A stretch of DNA of 20,000 bases from Malacoraja senta (taxonomy: Eukaryota): contig JAXLNO010000094.1 of the NCBI GenBank assembly GCA_038087875.1, positions 47,973 through 67,972 of the forward strand, in the 5' to 3' direction. The notes beneath the pieces were generated by a model that did not search any database, had not been told where the DNA came from, and saw only the letters and a list, made by a program, of their open reading frames with translations. A program made the position numbers and the translations under genes. Numbering within the stretch: position 1 is the first letter of the stretch; each line of letters begins with the position of its first letter. Below are positions 10,794 to 20,000 of the stretch, in pieces.

Positions 10794-12533
10794 ATGCAAG
10801 ACGATAAACAAAAGAAATTTGGAGGAATCACATTCTGCAGTTGGAACATAAGGGGTGCTAATGAACCTATTAAAAGGGGTAAGATTTTTGCACAATTGAA
10901 GTCGCTCAATTCGGACATAATTTTTCTACAAGAAACTCATTTGAAATTGCAAGATCAGACTAGATTGATGGCAAACCGGATAGGCCAAACATATCAATCT
11001 TCATATATTTCTAAATGTAGAGGCACGGCAATTATTATTCGCAAAGGTATACCATTTAAATCAAAGAATATCATAATAGATAAGGAAGGAAGATATCTTA
11101 TAGTTACCGGAGAGATTCATGCTACTCCAATCACCTTGGTAAATATTTATGCGCCTAATTTTGATAATCCCCAATTCTTTAATAAAATCCTGAATATAAT
11201 TTCAGAGTTCAATTATCAAAACGTGATAATTGGGGGAGATTTTAACTGTGTTTTAGATCCGTACCTGGATAAATCTTCACAACAGAACAGGGGTAACACA
11301 AAATCTAAAACTAGGGAAATCCTAAATACATACATAAAAAATACAAATGCAACAGATGTCTGGAGGATCGCTAACCCTGCTGGAAGGGAATACTCGTTTT
11401 ATTCAATGGTACACAAAACCTATTCACGTATCGCCTATTTTCTAGTGGATACAAAACTAATTCCCTATACATCGAATGCAAAATATCACAACAGTACAAT
11501 TTTAGATCACTCCCCGTTAAAAAAAAAATTTTAACTCGAAGGAATGACTAATAATAAATTGTTTTGGAGATTTAATCCTCAAATCCTAAATGATCCACAA
11601 GGTGGTATATATCCAAAATAACAGATGGAACTTTTTTTCAAGACTAATGATATCCCAGAGATTTCACCAACCTTACTATGGAAATCTTTCAAAGCAGTTA
11701 TCAGAAGGTCTATAATCTCATACCAAGCTTTTCTAAATAAAAAGAATAAGAATGAACTAAGGCAGCTAGAAGAACGAATTAGACAATTGGATTTAGATAA
11801 CGCTAAAGAGCCAACTATAGATAAACATAATAAAATAACAATATTGAAATTTAAATAAAATAAAATATCAGCAAATGTTATAAGATTATTTCAAATTACA
11901 AAACAGGAACATTTGAATTTGGGGATAAACCACACAAAGCTTTGGCAAGACAACTGAAAAAAAGGGAAAAAGTCCATACGATTTTAAAGATTAAATCAGA
12001 TAAAGGGGAATTGTTAACACTACCTAAGGATATTAATAAAAGATTTGCAAAAATGTATCAAAATTTATATACATCTAAAGCGTTAGCAGATAGTACTAAA
12101 GTTATAGAGTTCTTGGATAATTGTAATCTCCCAAAACTTAATTCGATCGAACAAGAGGAATTAGGAGCACAAATTTCAACTAAGGAAATAGAAGAAACAA
12201 TAAATTCATTGAAAAATGGAAAAACACCAGGACCAGATGGTTTTAGTAATGAATTTTATAAAAGAATCTACGAGATAATTACACCACGGCTACATAAAAT
12301 GTATACATACGCTTGTAAAGAACAAACACTTCCAGAAACGTTAGCGGAATCAACGATTACACTTATACCTAAAAAAGATAAAGATTTAGAAGGACCGGGT
12401 TCCTATAGAGCTATTGCGCTGTTAAATACAGATCAAAAAATATTAGCAAAAACATTAGCTAGAAGATTAAGTAAATATGTTAGTAAATTAATAAATGCGG
12501 ATCAAACGGGGTTTATACCCAAGAGATACTCAT
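10794..12533 (+). pseudogene. L1 ORF2 5' part (APE endonuclease and N-terminal RT), disrupted
   Basis: SWNIRG, IIFLQETH, NIYAPN, GGDFN, YSRIAYF (normally SRID), LDHSP; then KTPGPDGF, SYRAIALLNTDQKILAK, DQTGFIPKR. Several frameshifts and stops; cut by the CR1. Confidence 0.93.
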
Positions 12534-12618
12534 ATAACCATATAACCATAACAGCACGGAAACAGGCCCTCTCGGCCCTTCAAGTCCATGCCTAACACTT
12601 TTTAAATTTTTTTTATTT

Positions 12619-15538
12619 TTATAACTTCCCCCTAGTTCCCTTCCCGTCCATATACCCATCCAATCTATTTTTAATGGATAACATCGAACCTGCCTCCACC
12701 ACTTCCACTGGAAGCTCATTCCACACAGCTACCACTCTCTGAGTAAAGAAGTTCCCCCTAATGTTCCCCCTAAACTTCTGTCCCTTAATTCTCAAGTCAT
12801 GTCCCCTTGTTTGAATCTTCCCTACTCTCAATGGGAAAAGCTTATCCATGTCCACTCTGTCTAACCCGCTCATAATTTTAAAGACCTCTATCAAGTCCCC
12901 TCTTAACCTTCTGCGCTCCAAAGAATAAAGACCTAACTTGTTCAACCTTTCTCTGTAACTTAGTTGCTGAAACCCAGGCAACATTCTAGTAAATTTCCTC
13001 TGTACTCTCTCTATTTTGTTGACATCCTTCCTATAATTAGGCGACCAAAATTGTACTCCATACTCCAGAATTGGCCTCACCAATGCCTTGTACAATTTTA
13101 ACATTACATCCCAACTTCTATATTCTATGCTCTGATTTATAAAGGCCAGCACACCAAAAGCTTTCTTTACCACCCTATCTACATGAGATTCCACCTTCAG
13201 GGAACTATGCACAGTTATTCCTAGATCCCTCTGTTCAACTGCATTCCTCAATTTGCTACCATTTACCATATACGTCCTATTTTGATTTGTCCTGCCGAGA
13301 TGTAGCACCTCACATTTGTCAGCATTAAACTCCATCTGCCATCTTTCAGCCCCCTCTTCCAAATGGCCTAAATCTCTCTGTAGACTTTGAAAATCTACTT
13401 CATTATCCACAACACCACCTATCTTAATATCATTTGCATACTTACTAATCCAATTTTCCATACCATCATCCAGATCATTGATGTACATGACAAACAACAG
13501 TGGACCCAACACAGACCCCTGAGGCACCCCACTAGTCACCGGCCTCCAACCTGACAAACAGCCATCCACCATTACTCTCTGGCATCTCCCATTCAGCCAC
13601 TGTTGAACATCTTGCTACTCCACCATTAATACCCAACAATTGAATCTTCTTAACCAACCTTCCATGAGGAACCTTGTCAAAGGCCTTACTGAAGTCCATA
13701 TAGACAACATCCACTGCTTTACCCTCGTCAATTTCCCTAGTAACCTCTTTGAAAAATTCAAGAAGATTAGTCAAGCATGACCTTCCAGGCACAATTCCAT
13801 GTTGACTGTTCCTAATCAGACCCTGCTTATCCAGATGCTTATATATATTATCTTTAAGTATCCTTTCCATTAATTTGCCCACCACTGACGTCAAACTAAC
13901 AGGTCTATAATTGCTAGGTTTACTCTTAGAACCCTTTTTAAACAACGGAACAACATGCGCAGTACGCCAATCCTCCGGCACTATTCCCGTTTCTAATGAC
14001 ATTTGAAATATTTCTGTCATAGCCCCTGCTATTTCTACACTAACTTCCCTCAATGTCCTAGGGAATATCCTGTCAGGACCTGGAGACTTATCCGTTTTCA
14101 TATTTTTCAAAAGTGTCTGCACCTCCTCTTCTTTGAATCTCACAGTTTCCATTGCTACTCTGCTTGTTTCCCTTACCTCACATAATTCCATATCCTTCTC
14201 CTTGGTGAACACCGAAGAAAAGAAATTGTTCAATATCTCCCCCATCTCTTTTGGCTCTGCAGATAGCTGTCCACTCTGACTCTCTAATGGACCAATTTTA
14301 TTCCTTGTTATCCTTTTGCTATTAATATAGCTGTAGAAACCCTTTGGATTTACTTTCACCTTACTTGCCAAAGCAACCTCATATCTTCTTTTAGCTTTTC
14401 TAATTTCTTTCTTAATATTCTTTTTACATTCTTTATACTCCTCAAGCACCTCATTTACTCCATGCTGCCTATAATTATTGTAGATCTCTCTCTTTTTCCG
14501 AACCAAGTGTCCAATTTCCCTTGAAAACCATGGCTCTTTCCAATTTTTACTATTTCCTTTCAACCGAACAGGGACATATAGATTCTGTACTCTTAAAATT
14601 TGACCCTTAAATGTCCTCCATTTTTCTTCTACATCCTTCCCATAAAACAACGTCCCAATTCACTCCTTTTAAATCCTTTCGCATCTCCTCAAAGTTAGCC
14701 TTTCTCCAATCAAAAATATCAACCCTAGGTCCAGTTCTGACCCTCTCCATAATTATATTGAAACTAATGGTATTGTGATCACTGGACCCGAAGTGCTCCC
14801 CGACGCATACCTCCGCCACCTGCCCTGTCTCATTTCCTAACAGGAGGTCCAGCACTGCCCCTTCTCTAGTAGGTACCTCTATGTATTGCTGCAAAAAACT
14901 ATCCTGCACACATTTTACAAACTCCAAACCATCCAGCCCTTTTACAGAATGTGTTTCCCAGTCTATGTGTGGAAAATTGAAATCTCCCACAATCACTAAC
15001 TTGTGCTTACTGCTAATATCTGCTATCTCCTTACATATTTGCTCTTCCAATTCTCGCTCCCCATTTGGCGGTCTATAATACACCCCTATAAGTGTTGCTA
15101 CACCTTTCCCATTTCTCAGTTCCACCCGAATAGCCTCCCTAGACGATCCCTCTAATCTATCCTGCCAAAGCACTGCTGTAATATCTTCCTTGACAAACAA
15201 TGCAACCCCCCACCTCTTGCCCTTCCAATTCTATCACCCCTGAAGCAACGAAATCCTGGAATATTTAGTTTCCAATCACAGCCCTCCTGCAACCATGTTT
15301 CACTGATCGCCACAACATCATACTTCCAGGTGTCAATCCAGGCTCTAAACCCATCCACCTTTCTTACAATGCTCCTAGCATTAAAATATACACATTTAAG
15401 AAACCCACCACCACTTATTCTCTGTTTATTATCTTTTTCTTCTTCCTCCCCTACATTTTGGGTCTGAGTGCTTCCCTTCTCTGCCTCCTGCCTCCCACAT
15501 TTTTCACCAGCTTTCTCTATTTGAGTCCCTCCCCCCAA
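12619..15538 (-). pseudogene. CR1 ORF2 (APE endonuclease + RT), frameshifted
   Basis: YFNARSI, VAISETWL, GVYYRPP, VGDFNFP, GSSDHN, KSPGPDRIFPR, NYRPVSLTSVVGKLME, YMDFSKAFDKVPH, GVPQGSVLGPLLF, YANDIK (normally YADD), LERRRLRGDLIEVFKIM and FFTQRVVAVWNELP, spread across four ORF fragments. Confidence 0.95.
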
Positions 15539-15543
15539 CCGTT

Positions 15544-16060
15544 CTAGTTTAAAGTCTCCCCAGTAGCCTTTGCAAATCTCTCCGTCAAGATATTGGTCCC
15601 CCTCGGGTTCAAGTGCAACCCGTCCTTTCTGTACAGGTCACACCTTCCCCAAAAGAGGTCCCAATGATCCAGAAATTTGAATCCCTGCCCGCTGCACCAG
15701 TTCCTCAGCCACGCATTTATCCTCCACCTCATTCCATTCCTACTCTCACAGTCGCGTGGCACAGGTAGTAATCCTGAGATTGTTACCTATGCGTTTCTTC
15801 TCCTTAACTCTCCTCCCCAACTCACTAAATTCTCCTTTCAGGACCTCTTCTCCTTTTCTACCTATGTCATTGGTACCTACAGTATATGTACCACAACCTC
15901 AGGCTCCTCTCCCTCCGATTTCAGGATATCTTGGACGCGTTCAGACACATCCCTGACCCTGGCACCAGGGAGGCAAACTACCATCCGGGTCTCCTGACTG
16001 CATCCACAGAATCGCCTATCCGACCCCCTAACCATAGAGTCCCCTATTACTATTGCCTCC
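15544..16060 (-). pseudogene. CR1 ORF1 C-terminal SGNH/GDSL esterase domain, frameshifted; N-terminal part missing
   Basis: Hand translation gives AIVIGDSMVRG (block I, ~16036-16044), CLPGARVRDV, VVVHI/GTNDIG (block III, split by a 5 bp insert) and YRKDGLHLN (block V), with a stop at 15544. Confidence 0.88.
15878..15884. other. Probable Tc1/mariner excision footprint (TA-CAG-TA)
   Basis: A 5 bp insertion at a TA splits the conserved HIGTND motif: the minus strand reads CAT ATA [CTGTA] GGT ACC AAT GAC. Confidence 0.7.
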
Positions 16061-16248
16061 CACGATCTTACATCCAGAACAGTAAACTGCCCTGGCCCTC
16101 ATTCTCCCCCCTTACCCTGGATACAATACAAAGCCTTAGCCTGGATACAATACAAACTGGTGGAGGAAATCAGCAGGGATCTGACTCCCAATCAGCTGCT
16201 TCCTCTTTGTCCTCTTCCACCAATCAGCGGCTTCCTCACTTATAGGAA

Positions 16249-18294
16249 ACTCATGCAATAATTTGAGACGTCTGTTTAATATAATGCACTCATATAAAAC
16301 CGAAGAACAAGACTTATCAATTATTTCATTGGACGCAGAAAAAGCATTCGATCAAGTGGAATGGGACTACCTTGTTAAAGTCTTGCAAAACTTTCAAATG
16401 AGAGAGAATTTTATCTCTTGGCCTACTGCCAGAATATTAACTAATAATATGTTGTCCCCGAAATTTCAATTATCAAGGGGAAATAGACAGGGATGTTCAT
16501 TATCACCTATTTGCTCTGGTAATAGAACCTTTAGCGGAAAGTATTAGAATACATCCGAATATCCATGGTTATAATACAAAATACTCAAATAATAAAATAT
16601 CATTATATGCAGATGATGTACTATTATATATTACAAAATCATAAATCAGTATACCAAATATATTAAATCTAATAGAGGAATTTGGATCCTTTTCAGGATA
16701 TAGAATAAATTGGAATAAAAGTGAAATTATGACGATAAAACCTCAAGACTCAACACATCTGTTAAAATTCCCTTTTAAAATTGCTTCAGAAAAATTTAAA
16801 TATTTGGGAATTGAAATTACTAGAAAATATAAATCTTTATTAATGCAAACTACATGCCCTTACTCAATAAACTAAACACACTGATTAAATTTTGGAAAAC
16901 TCTGCCGATGTCTCCAATAGGCCGAATAAATGCTATAAAAATGATTTTTTTACCACAAATTTTATATCTATTCCAATCCAATTTTTATATACTTACCTAA
17001 AATTTTTTTTTAAAAATTGGATGCCGATATTACAATTTTTTTATGGGACTATAAATCCCATAGAATTCAAAGAAGACATTTGTGCAAACCTAAAGAATGT
17101 GGCAGATTAACACTCCCTAATTTTTTGTATTATTATTGGGCAGGAAATGTCAAAAATATGATTCACCTGTTGGACAACTCGGCCCAGCAGGTGGATTGGA
17201 TAATAATGGAGAGAGAGGATTGTTCCCCTTTTAATATAGGAGCGATCCTTCTCTCACCAACAAAATTGAAGAATACAATATACAGTAAAAATCCAATTAT
17301 TCATAGTACAATTAGAATTTTGGAAACAAATAAAATTACCTTTAAAATTAAGAAATCTATCGCTTCTTGCACCTATAGTTAATAATCCGTCGTTTAAACC
17401 ATCTATTTAGATAAATCTTTTACATACTGGGACAGATTAGGAATTAAAATGTTTGGAGATATGTATGATAATGGAAATTTTGTATCATTTCACCAACTAC
17501 AACTTAAATACAATTTGAGAAGCAATCAATATTTTAAATACTTTCAAATCCGTGACTATTTGAAAAAATATACACAGGAATATCAAAACTTATCTCCAGA
17601 CCTATTAGACGATGCAATGAATATAAAGGCGGAATCAACATTTAATATCACACTTGTATAATACCATCCTAAATATAGATATACCATCATCTGATCGGAT
17701 TAGAAGAGATTGGGAACAAGAAATAGCTGTAAAAATCTCGAAAGAGAGTTGGGATAAACACTTGTTATATGTGCATAAATGCTCGATTAATGTAAGACAC
17801 ATTCGAATGTAATTCAAAACTTTACACAGACTATACTACTCAAAAGCTAAAATAAGTAAATTTTATCCAAATGTCTCTTCCATCTGTGATAAATGTCTAA
17901 CCCAAGAAGCAACTATAGCACATTCTTTTTTGTTTTTTGTATAAAAATTCAAAAATATTGGAATGAAATCTTTGAAATGTTTACGAAATTATTTATAAAA
18001 TAAAACTGAAACTGAATGCAGAATTGATCATTTTTGGAACAATCGAAGCCAGTTTGGAGCTGACCGTTTCAAAAGAGCTTCCTTAATTACGGTTTAAAAA
18101 TGGCAAAACTACTTATACTGAAATTCTGGAAAAACGCTCCCACACCAACGATAAAAATGTGGATTTCTAATATGTCGGAACTGTTACACCTAGAAGATAT
18201 GAGATTCCTCTTAGCAGGTAAACCAGACCATTTCCAAAAGATTTGGTCTCCATTTATCGACTTATTACAAATATAGGGTGCAACAAAATGTTGA
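16249..18294 (+). pseudogene. L1 ORF2 3' part (RT core, C-terminal Cys-rich domain), disrupted
   Basis: SLDAEKAFDQVEW, GNRQGCSLSP, ISLYADDVLLYI (~16597-16632), FKYLGIEI, LPNFLYYYWA, CDKCLTQEATIAHSF, FQKIWSPFIDLL; multiple frameshifts and stops. Confidence 0.93.
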
Positions 18295-18594
18295 AAATAA
18301 ATGGTTTCAGGACCTGGTGAGGGGTGAGTAAATATATGAAGTAGGTACATCCCTCTTATCTTGTCTTATCTTATCTTACTTTTTTTTCTTTTTCCTTCTT
18401 TTGTCTTTTTTTCCTTGTTTAACTCTTTCTTGTGGTTTGGGTCCCTACGGGTTTCCCTGGACCACTCTTTCACTCACTCACTATCTCTGCTAATTCTCTC
18501 TATCTTTTTTCTAATTAAAGTTTAAAATAAGAAGTGGTACAAGAAATGTATAATTTTATGTTTGTTTGAGATTATTGCATTGTACAATACTTCT

Positions 18595-18632
18595 AATAAA
18601 AAAAATAAAAGAAAAAAAAAAAAAAAAGAAAA
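18595..18632 (+). terminator. L1 polyadenylation signal and A-rich tail
   Basis: AATAAA at 18595-18600, followed by an A-run interrupted by T/G up to the TSD. Confidence 0.88.
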
Positions 18633-18647
18633 GAAAATGTCCGCAAA
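18633..18647 (+). repeat. Right 15 bp target-site duplication of the full-length L1
   Basis: GAAAATGTCCGCAAA, identical to 8319-8333. Confidence 0.95.
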
Positions 18648-19557
18648 AACTCCAGCCACAGGTTTTTACAACACGACCTGGTGTACCATCGGGTCCAGGC
18701 ACTTTTTGACGATTCACCCCTCTGAAGGATTTTCTTTTTTTTTATTAGAAGCATAGAAATAATAGTAAGCGACAATTTAATTACAGATTTCTTACAAAGC
18801 TTCAGTTTTTTAAAGTTTTTTTCCTCTGAAGGGTTTTCTGACGTCGGCCTCTGTGACTGAGACTGAAATACCATCACAGCGAATAGGGGCTCGAGAAGGC
18901 ACATCAGTGTTCTCCCTATCAAAGTGTGTGTAAAACGCATTGAGCTCGTCAGGGAGTGATGTTTCGCCGACATTTGAGCTACTTCCTGATTTCGCCTTGG
19001 GGGAGGTGATTGCATTCAGGCCCCGCCACAGCTGCCGAACATCTGTCTCATCCTCCAGCTTGGAGCAGAAGACCCTTTTGGCCTTTTTGATGGCCTTACC
19101 AAGGTCGTATCTGGACTTCTTGTAGACCACTGTATCATCAGACATGAATGCCCGGTGTCTGGTCTTCTGAAGAGTGCGGATCTCAGAGTTCATCCAAGGC
19201 TTCTGATTGGGAAACACTCGGAAGGTTTTCGTAGGGATGCAGTCCTCCACACATTTCTTTATGAAGTCTGTAACGACTGTGGCGTATTCGTTCAGGTCCG
19301 TTGCCGAGTCCCTGAACATTGCCCAGTCTACAAACTCCAAACAGTCCTGGAGTTGTTCCTCTGCCCTCCCCCCCCCTCCCCCCCGACCAGCTCCGTACAG
19401 TCCTCACCTCTGGGGGTGAACTCTTCAATTGCTGCCTGTAGGCAGGGAGAAGCAGCACAGCGGTGTGGTCGGATTTACCGAAGTGAGGGCGAGGGATAGA
19501 GCGATAGGCATTCTAGATGGTGGTGTAGCAGTGGTCGAGGGTGGTGTAGCAATGGTC
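18648..19557 (-). mobile_element. Rex1/Babar LINE, upstream part (end of endonuclease and linker), continuous with 6870-8333; 5'-truncated
   Basis: LDHCYTTI*NAYRSIPRPHFGKSDH, FPNQKPWMN, LPDELNAFYTHFD, EADVRKPFRG/VNRQKVPGPDGTPGRVVKTC. AGVFADIF joins across the L1 TSD to [14 protein letters not shown]. Confidence 0.9.
18736..18822 (-). mobile_element. Extremely 5'-truncated (87 bp) L1-like 3' end with 17 bp TSD
   Basis: Flanked by CCTCTGAAGGATTTTCT (18719-18735) and CCTCTGAAGGGTTTTCT (18823-18839), one mismatch. The minus strand ends ...ATGCTTCTAATAAAAAAAAA, like the L1 end ATACTTCTAATAAA. Confidence 0.8.
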
Positions 19558-20000
19558 TCCGCCGGCATTGTGGCCTAACATCGTGGAGCTGGAGGTAGCT
19601 TTGTTAGGGATCAATGTCGGGAGCTCCAACTGCAGGAGCTTTGATTGCCGCCGACTGCAGGAGCTTCAATCGCCCCGACTGCGGGTGTTTCGATTGCCCC
19701 GACTGTGGGAGAAAAGGAGGATAATGGTAAAGGTTATTCGCCTTCCATCACAGTGGGGAATATGTGGTCGCCGAAAAACACGATGGACAAGCTGCCTGCC
19801 ATGGTGGGGACTCGGAGGGATTTCCGTGAGTGCAGTGATCCTGGAGTCTGGTGCGAGTGTGGACGGCTTTCTGACTTTGGGCAGACAGGGACTGCAGAGA
19901 GAATACAGCGGACGGTGATGGAGCGTGTGTGTGGCCTGGACATTGAACTGATGGCTGTGGGTCTCCGCTTATGCTGGGTACCCTAGGGATTCTCACACGC
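19558..20000 (+). mobile_element. Degenerate Rex1/Babar-type 5' region and endonuclease N-terminus on the plus strand (runs off the window)
   Basis: SPSITVGNMWSPKNTMDKL..RRDFRECS, SVDGF..ADRDCRE and TVMERVCGLDIELMAVGLR..P*GFSH resemble the Rex1/Babar EN N-terminus (LPS..GNVRSL.NKMDEL..RECS; DIELLAVGLRPYYLPREFSH), with internal deletions. Confidence 0.7.
19626..19710. repeat. 24 bp minisatellite, about 3.5 copies (CCGACTGCAGGAGCTTCAATCGCC)
   Basis: Units start at 19626, 19651, 19675 and 19699. Confidence 0.85.

Larger units (their letters stand above)
12534..16248 (-). mobile_element. CR1-clade LINE inserted antisense into L1 ORF2, with 6 bp TSD ACTCAT (12528-12533 / 16249-16254)
   Basis: The 3' tail is a (TATGGTTA)n octamer repeat at ~12531-12550; ORF2 and an esterase ORF1 are present. 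Removing the insert restores the L1 frame QTGFIPKRYS-CNNLRRLFNIMHS. Confidence 0.94.

Noticed and set aside
17281..17287. TACAGTA in L1 ORF2
   Set aside because: It lies in an uninterrupted frame (NTIYSKNPII) with no sign of a 5 bp insertion.

Overview
Eukaryotic (vertebrate) repeat-dense window with no convincing host gene. The CR1/L1/Rex1 family mix suggests a fish, possibly a cartilaginous fish; this is inference. From left to right: (1) a 4.8 kb G/T-strand-biased satellite built from 35/44-46 bp monomers, organised as a 10-monomer ~424 bp higher-order repeat (HOR) and a 1272 bp three-HOR super-repeat; (2) a 5'-truncated L1 on the minus strand abutting the array; (3) ~0.85 kb of unassigned AT-rich DNA; (4) a nested set of transposons. 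In the nest, a minus-strand Rex1/Babar LINE is split by a full-length plus-strand L1 (15 bp TSD) and by an 87 bp L1 3'-end (17 bp TSD). The L1 ORF2 is split by a minus-strand CR1 (6 bp TSD), and the CR1 ORF1 esterase carries a canonical TACAGTA Tc1/mariner-type excision footprint. A second, degenerate plus-strand Rex1/Babar-type 5' region closes the window. All retroelement ORFs are disrupted. I found no novel gene system; the interest is in the reconstructable insertion history, the satellite hierarchy and a 3' motif shared by three L1 subfamilies.
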